Below are positions 11,717-21,365 of a stretch of DNA of 64,000 bases, piece after piece. The position numbers and the translations under genes were made by a program. The notes beneath the pieces are model-generated. The model was not told the origin of the DNA. It saw only the letters and a list, made by a program, of their open reading frames with translations, and did not search any database. The stretch's first letter is position 1. Every line of letters begins with the position of its first letter. Source of the stretch: Nitrospirota bacterium (lineage in GTDB: Bacteria > Nitrospirota > UBA9217); assembly GCA_963845065.1 (NCBI GenBank), contig CAWJQQ010000001.1:416001-480000 (forward strand), given 5' to 3'.

Positions 11717-12178
11717 TCAGGTTAATACATGGGCAATGATTTTGCTTATGATGATGGCTACTGCTGCCACAACAAGATGTTTAATAACTTCTGGAAGAAT
11801 CCTGACGTTTCTTTCGCGTGCAAGAAAGTAGGTTAACACACCTAACAACAGATTGCCCCAGACAATCGATCCTAGGACAACAACTTTAGGCGGAAATACG
11901 ATGACTATTAACACGAAGCTGAGGGAACCAAACAACCGTGTGATAAAGTTCGACAACGTTCCGATGAACGCCTCTCGTTCATCAAGTCGCTCAGACTCTT
12001 GATAGATATGGATGCTCAATGAATCAGTGATGTTGTCCGCAAGCGCGACAATCAGTAGAGCGGTAATGAGCGTGGATTTGCCCGTCCCAACTGCGTTGAG
12101 GCCAGTTATCAGGGCCATGCTAGTAACAATCGCAGCCGTGCCCCCATAACTGATTCGGCTAATTTTATTCATTATCAT
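11717..12178 (-). CDS. VIT1/CCC1-like membrane protein
   Basis: SYGGTAAIVT, LADNITDSLSIHIYQES, multiple TM helices. Confidence 0.7.
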   Translation of the reverse strand: MIMNKISRISYGGTAAIVTSMALITGLNAVGTGKSTLITALLIVALADNITDSLSIHIYQESERLDEREAFIGTLSNFITRLFGSLSFVLIVIVFPPKVVVLGSIVWGNLLLGVLTYFLARERNVRILPEVIKHLVVAAVAIIISKIIAHVLT

Positions 12179-12325
12179 AGCGGCGTGCAAGAATTGGAGT
12201 CTACTCTGCCTCCTCGCTGGTTTCCATATTCAACTGAATAGGTGTTATTAAATTACGATGGCAATTTGATATTTCGGAGTGGTGCAACTTTCACAAATTA
12301 GCGAAAGATAACCAATTTTAGCACA

Positions 12326-12354
12326 AATATATGACTAATCTAAGAAGATGTCAA
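12326..12354 (-). promoter_or_regulatory. sigma70-type promoter for the VIT-like gene
   Basis: TTGACA-N17-TATATT on the minus strand. Confidence 0.5.
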
Positions 12355-12370
12355 CCATCCGGGCATTCCT

Positions 12371-12619
12371 TGTTGTCCCAAAGTAGAACTGTCCTATCAC
12401 ACCAAAATAGAAATGTCCGCTTCTTTTACATTAAAAGCGCCTCTAGCCGTACTCAAACTGAACTTTTTAAGGATCTCATGGCAATCAAGCTCTGTTAGCA
12501 CTACTTTTATGTCGTTTACGATACGTAGAGCATTTGCAGGTGCATTAATGCAGGCTCCCCTGACATTTGAACAACTGTCTTAATATCTTAAAATAGGACA
12601 CTTCTATTTTGGGATTACA
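12371..12619. mobile_element. 249-bp MITE, IS1202/ISNCY-type ends, 16-bp target-site duplication
   Basis: TGT...ACA ends; imperfect 27-bp TIR (TGTTGTCCCAAAGTAGAACTGTCCTAT vs TGTAATCCCAAAATAGAAGTGTCCTAT); CCATCCGGGCATTCCT duplicated at 12355-12370 and 12620-12635. Confidence 0.9.
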
Positions 12620-12779
12620 CCATCCGGGCATTCCTCATAGAAGAGCAGGATAACCGCTTTTGATTATATCAGGAGCCGCAAGCTGACGATAGCGTGACGC
12701 GGAACCCGAGGTTCTACTAATTCTATGAGCCTATTGTGGATTCCAAGGGAGTAGGGGGTAGTCCTGGCTCCCTTTTTTT
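12620..12779 (+). ncRNA. candidate structured small RNA ending in an intrinsic terminator
   Basis: CTCATAGAA / TTCTATGAG closing stem enclosing small hairpins; then a GGGAGT..GCTCCC hairpin + T run. Confidence 0.35.
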
Positions 12780-12871
12780 GGGGGTCAAGAAAAGAAAAAC
12801 CTACTTGTTAATACATGGGCTTGGAATAACGGAATAGAGAGAACATACCTACTGAAGCAAAAAAAATCGAT

Positions 12872-14374
12872 TTATCGCCATTCAATTCCTTTTTCAAATA
12901 AGTAGGCTTGGGTTTTTTTTTGTCCTAACTGTGCAGCCATCTTGAGATTTTGGATCCTCATATTATTGTCTCCTTGCGCCGCATAAGCGTTCGCGCGATG
13001 AATATATGCCTCCCCATCTTTCGGATTTAATTCTATAGCTTTGCTATAATCATCGATAGCCTGCTGATGGTCTCCTAAAGCGTTAAAAGCACTCCCTCGA
13101 TTAATATATGCATCTGCATTTTTCGGATTTAATTCTATAGCTTTGCTGTAATCATCAATAGCCCTCTGATAATCACGCAAATCGAAATAAACAAAACCCC
13201 GATTATTATATGCCTGGAACATATTCGGATTTAGTTTTATAGCTTTACTGTAATCATCGATAGCCTGCTGATGATAACCTAGGCCATGGTACGCACTGCC
13301 TCGATTATAATACGCCTCCGAATTATTTGGATTCAGTTCTATAGCTTTGTTGTAATCATTGACAGCCTGATGAAGGTTGCCTAAAGCCTCATAGGTAACT
13401 CCACGATTCGAGTACGCTTCTGCATAATTCGGATTTAATTCTATAGCTTTGTTGTAATCATTGATAGCCTGATGAAGGTTGCCCAAAGTCTTATAAGTAA
13501 ATCCTCGATTAAAGTATGCTATTGCATAATTTGGATTTAGTTTTATAGCTTTGCTGTAATCATCGATAGCCTGCTGATATTTGCCTAAATCGCCATAATT
13601 AAATCCGCGATTATTATATGCATCCTCATTAGTTGGAATTAATTCAAGAACTTTATCGTAATCACTGATAGCTTGCTGATGTCTTCCAAGTCGAGTATAT
13701 GCATCACCACGACTAAAATATGCCAATGCAAAATTCGGAAACAGTTCTATTGCATTAGTATATGCTTTAATGGCACTATTAGGGTTATTTGACATGCGAA
13801 ATGCCAAACCTCTTTCAAACAAATCTGCCGCACTTAAATCTTCTATCGCATTTGCATACTCATGCTGTATTTTGGGATCTCCCTTTACTAATTTTAAGTC
13901 CTTCTTGAGCTGTTCAACTTCCTTCAATGCTTCTTCAGCTAATTTATTTGATTCCTCAAGTTCATTGATTTTCTGTACATCATTTCTCAAGACATCAACT
14001 GTCCTAACCACTTCTCTTGGGTCTGCTGTTATCTTCGCTTTAAGATAATAAGTTTTTCCATCCCATTTCTCGTCAATAACCTCAGCACTCACGATTCCTG
14101 CAATAAGCGTTGTTATTTGTTCTTTGGTAATCTGATAATTTATAACGTTGGTTTCAGTGGTTAGATAAGTCCCAAGCTGTTCCAACAAGGCTCGCTTAAC
14201 CTGTTCAAGTGCAATGGCCCGGCTTGACACTTTGTTGTCAATTTCGCTTGCCGTATAGGTATATTCCTTTATGAAGATTATGCTTTCAGCGGAGGCTATG
14301 TTGGTTAAAAATATTAAACCGATAACTGAGAAAACTAATTTAGCTCTATTCATTATTATGAGGCATCCCTTCAT
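12872..14374 (-). CDS. exported tetratricopeptide-repeat protein
   Basis: Signal peptide; ~9 34-aa repeats (AYxNRG..AIxDYxKAIELNP), visible as 102-bp DNA repeats. Confidence 0.92.
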   Translation of the reverse strand: MKGCLIIMNRAKLVFSVIGLIFLTNIASAESIIFIKEYTYTASEIDNKVSSRAIALEQVKRALLEQLGTYLTTETNVINYQITKEQITTLIAGIVSAEVIDEKWDGKTYYLKAKITADPREVVRTVDVLRNDVQKINELEESNKLAEEALKEVEQLKKDLKLVKGDPKIQHEYANAIEDLSAADLFERGLAFRMSNNPNSAIKAYTNAIELFPNFALAYFSRGDAYTRLGRHQQAISDYDKVLELIPTNEDAYNNRGFNYGDLGKYQQAIDDYSKAIKLNPNYAIAYFNRGFTYKTLGNLHQAINDYNKAIELNPNYAEAYSNRGVTYEALGNLHQAVNDYNKAIELNPNNSEAYYNRGSAYHGLGYHQQAIDDYSKAIKLNPNMFQAYNNRGFVYFDLRDYQRAIDDYSKAIELNPKNADAYINRGSAFNALGDHQQAIDDYSKAIELNPKDGEAYIHRANAYAAQGDNNMRIQNLKMAAQLGQKKTQAYLFEKGIEWR

Positions 14375-14534
14375 CTAAGGGGATTCAGATATGTATATTG
14401 CCAAAGCAGTATGGCAGGCGAAAATAACTGTGTCAAGTGCTATTCAAGACAACGCTGTTGTGATTTAGCGGCGAAGAAAAGGGAAGCTCATTCGATTAGT
14501 AATGGTCTTGAAGATAAGAGAACAGAGAGGATGT

Positions 14535-14822
14535 GATTCCTTCACACCAAGAAATACATCATTATCAGCTTTGGCAACTCTGAATTTTACGACCTTCAAT
14601 GCCTTTATATTGATGGTCTCGCCTGCGGCAGGATTTCTGCCCATGCGAGCCTTGCGCTGAACAAGAACGAACTTGTCGAGTTCAGGTAGCGTGATGGCGT
14701 TCTTGGCTTCCTTGTTACGGTTTCAACGATGAAATCGAGTATTTCACCTGTCGCCTTCTTTAAAAGAGATCCCTTCTCAGATACTTTTGCGATCCGCTGC
14801 TATTTGGCAATGCTTTCGACAC
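14535..14822 (-). pseudogene. hup: HU/IHF-family DNA-binding protein pseudogene
   Basis: GGAGGAG RBS + GTG; frameshifted; RKARMGRNPAAGETINIKALKVVKFRVAK. Confidence 0.8.
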
Positions 14823-14883
14823 GTGTGATGCTCCTCCCGTGATATAGATTTATGTTGATAGACAACTTACCGCATGCCATTGG

Positions 14884-15312
14884 CTAAGCGTTATATCTAT
14901 TATTGAAATCTGAGTCCGACATTGAAAGATACATTATCCCTTCAATAAAACCTACAATAGAAGGTATAAACGTCCAGCAAAATACAAGGTAAATTAGCCC
15001 CCCTACAATGTATCCGAGGTAAAATTTGTGGATACCAAGACCACCAAGAAATATGGCAAAAAGAGCGGCTGTAACACGACTACGGTCCTTTTTACTTGAT
15101 TGAAGTGCTTGCCGGACACCGCATTTAGGACAGATTTCGGCATGGAAGGATATTTGAGTCCCACACGCATGACAATATTTGGTCGATATTGTTCCTTGAG
15201 CAGTGGAATCACTTGTTCTTGATTGTTTCTTACGGTCTGTCCCGGCAAAAATAAGTAGAATAGCGAGTACAAATAATGCAAAAAATGGATGTGGGATACC
15301 AAACCCAAACAT
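14884..15312 (-). CDS. TM2-domain protein with zinc ribbon
   Basis: KYCHACG..ICPKCG; FLGGLGIHKFYLG TM2 motif. Confidence 0.88.
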   Translation of the reverse strand: MFGFGIPHPFFALFVLAILLIFAGTDRKKQSRTSDSTAQGTISTKYCHACGTQISFHAEICPKCGVRQALQSSKKDRSRVTAALFAIFLGGLGIHKFYLGYIVGGLIYLVFCWTFIPSIVGFIEGIMYLSMSDSDFNNRYNA

Positions 15313-15496
15313 TGGTACTGCCCCCTGTAAAATAGGTCGGTGTTTCAGTGCCAATAATATAGATGAATGCTGGGCTATTGGCAAGGACTTTCGACTATCA
15401 AAGGCCATCGCGAAGGTCACGTACATAAGGAGAAACGTCACCTTCTTAATCTACAGGACCTGTGATTTGCATCATTATTCGGTGTGTTATACTTCG

Positions 15497-16810
15497 TCAA
15501 AAATGCGTCTCGATCCCTGCCATATAATTACTTGTGAAAAGGGAATTAAATTCGGTGTTCCTGCCGCTACCCACGGCAATAGTGTTGATGTTAAAGAGCT
15601 GAAGGCGATTTGAAATTTTCCATTCAATGATCGACGATGCTTGCCCTGCATCTTCTTCTATACCGTGCGTATATCTTACGATTACATCCAGGACGTTATC
15701 GATTTCCCTGACCTGAAATTGTCCCATGAGATAGTATTTTCTCAAAAACGGCAACTCGTTGTTCAGCGAATCATCCAGCGTCATCTGCGATAAGCCGGAT
15801 AGCAAGGTACTGTCGAAAAAATGGTCATGGGCATTTCGGCGGATCATATAGTACGCCTCGGCTTCTGCATTGTCGTAGCCCTGGTCGTTGTAAAGAAACT
15901 CCATGCTGAAAGTTGGTCCAGACAGGAACGTATATGCTCCCCCCGCAGTTATTGTCGTGAAAAGTCTACTTGCGTAGTCATACTGTTTTGCAAAGGCGCC
16001 GCCCAATGGATTGGTCGGGTCCAGGACAGGATAGAGCGCGTCCGTTCCTTTCGAGACGATACCGTCGTAGTAGAGGAGTAAAGCGTCGGATGCCGTCCAC
16101 TGTCCGTAGCTTCCCAGGCGGGTCCGGTCGTTCTGCTGATAATACGCGATCACGCTGATCAATGAATTGCTGCTCAAGAAGTCGGCCTTTAGTGCCTGCA
16201 CTGGTTTGAGTGACTCGCCGAGTTCGTCGGTTTCTTTCTGCGTCTCCGTGATCAGATTGATCGTGATCGCGTTATTCGGGACATAAATCGCTTTGGCTAG
16301 ATACTTTCCTTCCACCTCAAGTATCGGGTTTATTTTTTCCGTATCTTTGAACAGAATGTTCGACGGGCTTGCCAGAAAAGAGGGGCCCCAGAGCAACTTT
16401 TCTTTTCCGAAAGAAACAAACAGGGTTGAGAGTGGGTTTACCTGAACACGCCACTCATTCACGAATGTCCGGTCCAATAAATCGATTTTGCCTTTTGGGG
16501 CGCCATCCTCCCACCAGGAGTAAGTAATATTGATCCTCGGTTTGAACACGGCACTCACATCGGGATAATCCAGAAAAAAATCGGGCCGCAGGTCGAGTTC
16601 AGTAGAATACCGGTAGAGGTTGAGGAAGGCGTTGTCGGGATTCTGCGTTGAATGGGAGGGTGATTGCTCAGTACCAAAGACAAACGCTTTGATGTTGTAA
16701 GAAAAGGCTTCGCTGCTCGGGGCATCCTCACTCGCCGCGAAAACTAGGGGAGGGAAAGAAAAGAGTACCGTGATAACAAAAATCGCCATTGATGATTTCT
16801 TGAATTTCAT
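15497..16810 (-). CDS. putative outer-membrane beta-barrel protein
   Basis: Signal peptide, GKEKLLWG motif, C-terminal Phe; last gene of the ABC/LolA-like cassette. Confidence 0.7.
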   Translation of the reverse strand: MKFKKSSMAIFVITVLFSFPPLVFAASEDAPSSEAFSYNIKAFVFGTEQSPSHSTQNPDNAFLNLYRYSTELDLRPDFFLDYPDVSAVFKPRINITYSWWEDGAPKGKIDLLDRTFVNEWRVQVNPLSTLFVSFGKEKLLWGPSFLASPSNILFKDTEKINPILEVEGKYLAKAIYVPNNAITINLITETQKETDELGESLKPVQALKADFLSSNSLISVIAYYQQNDRTRLGSYGQWTASDALLLYYDGIVSKGTDALYPVLDPTNPLGGAFAKQYDYASRLFTTITAGGAYTFLSGPTFSMEFLYNDQGYDNAEAEAYYMIRRNAHDHFFDSTLLSGLSQMTLDDSLNNELPFLRKYYLMGQFQVREIDNVLDVIVRYTHGIEEDAGQASSIIEWKISNRLQLFNINTIAVGSGRNTEFNSLFTSNYMAGIETHF

Positions 16811-16964
16811 AACATGATCTCAAACTGTAATCAAAAAAAATGATCCTTGCCCTGTTCATAACCGCCTGGGGGACCAGAGCCTCACACGGCTCCATTTACT
16901 TCCTCGAACAGCATAGTTCCTTTCTCGGTGCCTCTATGCCTCTGCAGTTGACTGATTTAATCTT

Positions 16965-17717
16965 CTACCGTACAAGCACATTCAGATTGAACGTCGTATC
17001 GGGAATCGACTCGACTTTGATATGCGTATAGGTCATCGTCGTTACTCTGTCCCGCTGTATCGCGTCCCGGATGATCAGTTCAGAAACAAAGGGAATTTCT
17101 TCCTGATCGTCCATTTTGACCCGATTTTCATACTTGAAGTCCGCGGTTTTGAAGAGCTTGCCGGACAAGGTATAAAACTCGGCCTTCACTCCGACAAGCC
17201 GCTCTTTTGAAACCCAGTACTTGATCCGGTCATAGGTCACGTTCTTATTTGCTGCCTTCAGATCCAGAACGTAGCATACTTCTCCGCGCACATCTTCCTC
17301 GCCTAGAAACACTGCATCATAATCCCCGGCATAATTCGTTGACGCGATATCACCATTTGCCGCATCACCGATAAGTTTCTGGCGTGGCGAGAGCGAGACA
17401 GGTTTTTGCAGTCCCGAGCGGATGAACCACATATTGCGATCGACCATAAGCACCATACGGTCATTCATGTTAGCAGGGCTTGTAAATTTCGCCAGCGTAT
17501 CATTCCGCTTCACTTTCACGAGCATTCCCCGCGATTCGTTCGATCCCTCTTCGGTAGTGGTGATTTTAATGTTCCAGACAATGCCGCCGAGATTGCCCCG
17601 TGAGCGGTCTGCGTGCTTCAGGATGTCTTTCACCGATAGGTCTTCCGCATGCGCGCTGCCGATGACTGCATACAGGCCGAGCAACAGACTGAGTATGATC
17701 AGATTGTATTGTTTCAT
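16965..17717 (-). CDS. outer-membrane lipoprotein-sorting (LolA-like) protein
   Basis: Signal peptide; SPRQKLIGDAANGDIASTNY; AEFYTLSGKLFKTA. Confidence 0.85.
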   Translation of the reverse strand: MKQYNLIILSLLLGLYAVIGSAHAEDLSVKDILKHADRSRGNLGGIVWNIKITTTEEGSNESRGMLVKVKRNDTLAKFTSPANMNDRMVLMVDRNMWFIRSGLQKPVSLSPRQKLIGDAANGDIASTNYAGDYDAVFLGEEDVRGEVCYVLDLKAANKNVTYDRIKYWVSKERLVGVKAEFYTLSGKLFKTADFKYENRVKMDDQEEIPFVSELIIRDAIQRDRVTTMTYTHIKVESIPDTTFNLNVLVR

Positions 17718-17732
17718 ATAAACACGCCTCCT

Positions 17733-18236
17733 TTATTGCCGATCCTTCATCCTATCTATTTCTTTGAAGAGCAGTTCCTTGGCTTCGTCTGACGGGCCTC
17801 CCGTGTACAGATACCGTATATAGCCGTTGCTGTCAATGAGAACCACATTGGGAACGCCTTTCGTAAGCCGGTAGGCCGTAAAAATCACTCCATTCCAGTC
17901 GAGGAGGATACTGTTCGGGTATTTTTTAAAATCGTTCCTGACTTTTCCCTTCAGAAAAAACGGCACGTTTCGTACATCGGCTACACCGAGAACCCTCATG
18001 CTCTTCTCATATTTTTTCTGGATTGATGATGCCCATCGGTAATTTTGCTCTTCTCCCTTTTTGTCGCTTGCGAGCAGTACGAGCGGCCGGCGAGCAAAAG
18101 ACTGCAGACTGTATTGCCGGTAATATTGATCGTAGAGGTTGAACTCAGGAGCCATGGTATTGATGAGCAAATGTTCTCCCGTTGCGACACCAGTATAAAG
18201 GAGAAAAAGTCCAATGAAGAGAATAAACTGTTTCAT
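17733..18236 (-). CDS. exported redoxin-fold protein (AhpC/TSA- or YtfJ-like, no CxxC)
   Basis: GGAGG RBS; APEFNLYDQY; ILLDWNG; PNVVLIDSNGYIRY. Confidence 0.7.
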   Translation of the reverse strand: MKQFILFIGLFLLYTGVATGEHLLINTMAPEFNLYDQYYRQYSLQSFARRPLVLLASDKKGEEQNYRWASSIQKKYEKSMRVLGVADVRNVPFFLKGKVRNDFKKYPNSILLDWNGVIFTAYRLTKGVPNVVLIDSNGYIRYLYTGGPSDEAKELLFKEIDRMKDRQ

Positions 18237-18297
18237 GATTTCCTCCGTGAAGCCGCCCGGCTTCCCTGCTTCTGCGATATCCTGGGCTGATAAAATG

Positions 18298-19545
18298 CTA
18301 CACATGCCCCAGTGCGTCCACGATGCTCATCTTTGCCGACCTCCGGGCAGGTACGAAAGCAGCTATCATCGAAAGCACGAGCATGAAGATCACGTTCCGG
18401 GTCAGCGCCGGCCATACGAGGTCAACGCGCAGGGGCACCGGATTCGATGATGCAGGCGGGACATAGGTCGGATGGGTCATCATGATGATGAAATAAACAC
18501 CGAAAAAGATGAGACTGCCGAACAGGCTTCCCAAAAGACCGAGCAGCATGCCTTCGGTGGAGAACAGGAGTTTTACTCCATACTGTTTGAATCCCAGTGC
18601 CCGGAGCGTGCCGATCTCCCGAGTCCGCTCCATGACGGTCATGCTCATGGTATTGATGACGCTCATGACCACGATCACCAGCACGATGGAAAAGATGAAG
18701 AAGAAGATCATATCGAACATGCTTTTGACCTGATTGTAGAAAACTGAGAGTTTCGCCCAGGTTTCGATCTCCACGTCGTACCCTGCTTTTGACAACAGGG
18801 CACTCATATTTTCTGCCGTGAGCGTGTCGGCATGTTCGTCGCCACCGTTCTTTAGGAGCACAACGAGCCTTTCAGCGCCTTGATAATCTACGAGGTCCTG
18901 GGCATGCCGAAACGTCATCAGCATCATCTTGTCGTTCGTTGCCGCCGTGCCGGTATTGAAGATGCCAACTACCTTGGCGTCAAGAGCGTTTGCCATTCCG
19001 GAATAGGAATTGCTCAGGATCACGGCATAGTCCTTCTGATTCAGGTTCAGCATTGCAGCCAGGTCCGAGCCCATGACGACACCTGCAGGCTCCTGGTCCG
19101 AAAGAAACGTTCCCGAGAAGCCTGGAAACTTCGTCAGGTCGCCGCGAATGACGGCGTCATCAGCCGGGACCAGGCCTTCACCGATGAAAATCGTGGAGTT
19201 TTTTCCGTTCGAAACTATACCCGCTACCGAAAGACGCGGCGTGACCAGTTCTACGTTGGGGTCCCGCCTTAAAATGCCGGATATGGCCTCCACTTCGTCC
19301 TTATTGAACTGATATTTCTCGGGATGTAGCTTCCCCTGAATCTGGAACCCCTTTTTGAAGATCGTCAGGTGCCCCAGGCCCGCCCCGTGAATCGCGGCGT
19401 TTGTAAGACCCTGGTAGGTGCTGTGAACGTATCCCTGAAAAAGATTGATCGCACCAAACCCCAATGCGATTGCCAGGATCGTCATCAAGCTTCGACGTCC
19501 GTTTTTGAGTATGTTTCTGAGTGATATGGTCAACCACATGAACAT
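18298..19545 (-). CDS. ABC transporter permease (LolC/E, FtsX type)
   Basis: RNILKNGRRSLMT; NTMSMTVMERTREIGTLRALG; PARRSAKMSIVDAL. Confidence 0.92.
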   Translation of the reverse strand: MFMWLTISLRNILKNGRRSLMTILAIALGFGAINLFQGYVHSTYQGLTNAAIHGAGLGHLTIFKKGFQIQGKLHPEKYQFNKDEVEAISGILRRDPNVELVTPRLSVAGIVSNGKNSTIFIGEGLVPADDAVIRGDLTKFPGFSGTFLSDQEPAGVVMGSDLAAMLNLNQKDYAVILSNSYSGMANALDAKVVGIFNTGTAATNDKMMLMTFRHAQDLVDYQGAERLVVLLKNGGDEHADTLTAENMSALLSKAGYDVEIETWAKLSVFYNQVKSMFDMIFFFIFSIVLVIVVMSVINTMSMTVMERTREIGTLRALGFKQYGVKLLFSTEGMLLGLLGSLFGSLIFFGVYFIIMMTHPTYVPPASSNPVPLRVDLVWPALTRNVIFMLVLSMIAAFVPARRSAKMSIVDALGHV

Positions 19546-19743
19546 AAGCGACCTCGCTTTCTTCTCATCAAGTCCAGCCGGAACCAAATGTTCGACTGAA
19601 CTCACCACAAAGTTTTGAAACCGCTAAAATGCGAAGGACGTAATGAGAATCATTAAATTGTTGGTTTACACATTAAAATATCCACATTATTTGCGTTTTC
19701 TAAGTAAATATTATTGCCTCTTGCACAGAATGATGGATAAAAC

Positions 19744-20412
19744 TTAAACGATTATTCCGTCCTCCAGCCGTATGACCCGTTTGACCTCGTTAATGAGCCG
19801 TTGATCGTGCGTTGAAAAAATGAAAGTGACTTCCTCTTTTTCATTCAGGTCCTTCATGAGATCGATGATCGACTGAGCGGTCACGTGGTCCAAATTTGCC
19901 GTTGGTTCATCTGCGAGGATGAGGAGCGGCTTTGTTATCAGAGCCCGTGCAATCGCCACACGTTGCCGCTGACCCCCAGACAACTTGTCTGGTCGATGAT
20001 TCAGGAAATCAGCCAGACCCACCTCATCGAGACGCTGTGCCGCCTCCGACCGTATAGTGGACAGGCGGCCTCCCCGGATCTGGAGCGCAAGCATGACGTT
20101 CTCCAGAGCCGTGAGGACCGAAACAAGGTTAAAGTTCTGGAACACGTATCCGATGGTCCTATTTCGCTGTTCCGCCCTCTGGTTGTCCGTCAGCAGTGAA
20201 ATGTCCTGGTCGTTGATGATGACCCGACCATCAGTCGGATCATCGATGGCCCCCGCAAGATTGAGGAGTGTGGTTTTCCCGCTTCCCGACGCGCCGAGTA
20301 TTGCCGTGAATTCTCCCTTTTGAACTGCCATGTCGACGCCGCGTAAGGCATGGACCGTAGTTTCTCCCAGACGATAATCTTTTTTTACATTTTGGAATTC
20401 GAGAATGTTCAT
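19744..20412 (-). CDS. ABC transporter ATP-binding protein (LolD-like)
   Basis: GASGSGKT, LSGGQRQR, ILADEPT, STHD. Confidence 0.95.
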   Translation of the reverse strand: MNILEFQNVKKDYRLGETTVHALRGVDMAVQKGEFTAILGASGSGKTTLLNLAGAIDDPTDGRVIINDQDISLLTDNQRAEQRNRTIGYVFQNFNLVSVLTALENVMLALQIRGGRLSTIRSEAAQRLDEVGLADFLNHRPDKLSGGQRQRVAIARALITKPLLILADEPTANLDHVTAQSIIDLMKDLNEKEEVTFIFSTHDQRLINEVKRVIRLEDGIIV

Positions 20413-20603
20413 TGTGCACCTCTTCTTCTGACTTGCGATCAGTTCAACAACATTAAACTCATCAGTCCCTCAACAATGAAAATAACGCGTATCCTATCCT
20501 TATGATACTATGATATAAAAGATTGACTGTGTTGACAATGATAATGCGATGGATGGGCCAAATGGGGGCTCAAAAGGCAGAAATGACGGATGAACGGTGT
20601 CTC

Positions 20604-21365
20604 CTACATTTGTTTAAAGAGATGGGAATAGGCCCGGCTCACCGAGAGGTCATCCCGTATATCCTTGAACTGTATCATGTACGTGCCTGCCAAAGAGTGA
20701 CTTACACTCTGAATGGTTCTTGCGTTCACAATGGCAGCCCGGTGTACGCGCCAGAATTGGTCCGGGTCGAGCTCCTGTTCCAGTTTCTTGATTGTCTTCC
20801 GAATCAGGAATTCCCCGTCCTTGGTCCTTACCGTTGTGTATTTGTCCGTCGCTCGGAAATAATAGATATCTCCGACAGGGATAAGTCGTACACCATCTTT
20901 GTGTTGCGTTTTGATCCACTGAAGGTGCCCAGGGAACTTTTGAAAAGATAGGGCAACCTTTTCGATAATTTCAGAGAAATTAGGAGACACAGGCTGTGCA
21001 GAATTCAGTCGTTCCCTGAGACGATTCACTGTTTTTTCCAGCCGTTCGTCCGTGACGGGTTTTACAAGATAATCGAGGGCCTCGTTTTCAAAAGCCTCCA
21101 CCGCATATTGGTGATAGGCGGTGATGAATACGATGCTACAGGTTCCGGCAATCCTCCGCGCCACTTCGATCCCTGAAACACCCGGCATTTGGATGTCGAG
21201 AAAGGCAACATCCGGTTTGGCATCTTCAATCAGACGCAACGCAGTGGCCCCGTCCCCAACTTCACCGGCGATGACCAACTCGGGCCAAGCGGCTGAAAGT
21301 TTTTTTCTGAGATAGCTGCGGAGGGTCTCCTCATCATCAGCTATGATGGCTCGAATCGGTTTCAT
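20604..21365 (-). CDS. LytTR-family response regulator
   Basis: REC domain (ADDE, FLDIQMP, YLVKP) + LytTR (FWRVHRAAIVN, VSR). Confidence 0.95.
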   Translation of the reverse strand: MKPIRAIIADDEETLRSYLRKKLSAAWPELVIAGEVGDGATALRLIEDAKPDVAFLDIQMPGVSGIEVARRIAGTCSIVFITAYHQYAVEAFENEALDYLVKPVTDERLEKTVNRLRERLNSAQPVSPNFSEIIEKVALSFQKFPGHLQWIKTQHKDGVRLIPVGDIYYFRATDKYTTVRTKDGEFLIRKTIKKLEQELDPDQFWRVHRAAIVNARTIQSVSHSLAGTYMIQFKDIRDDLSVSRAYSHLFKQM

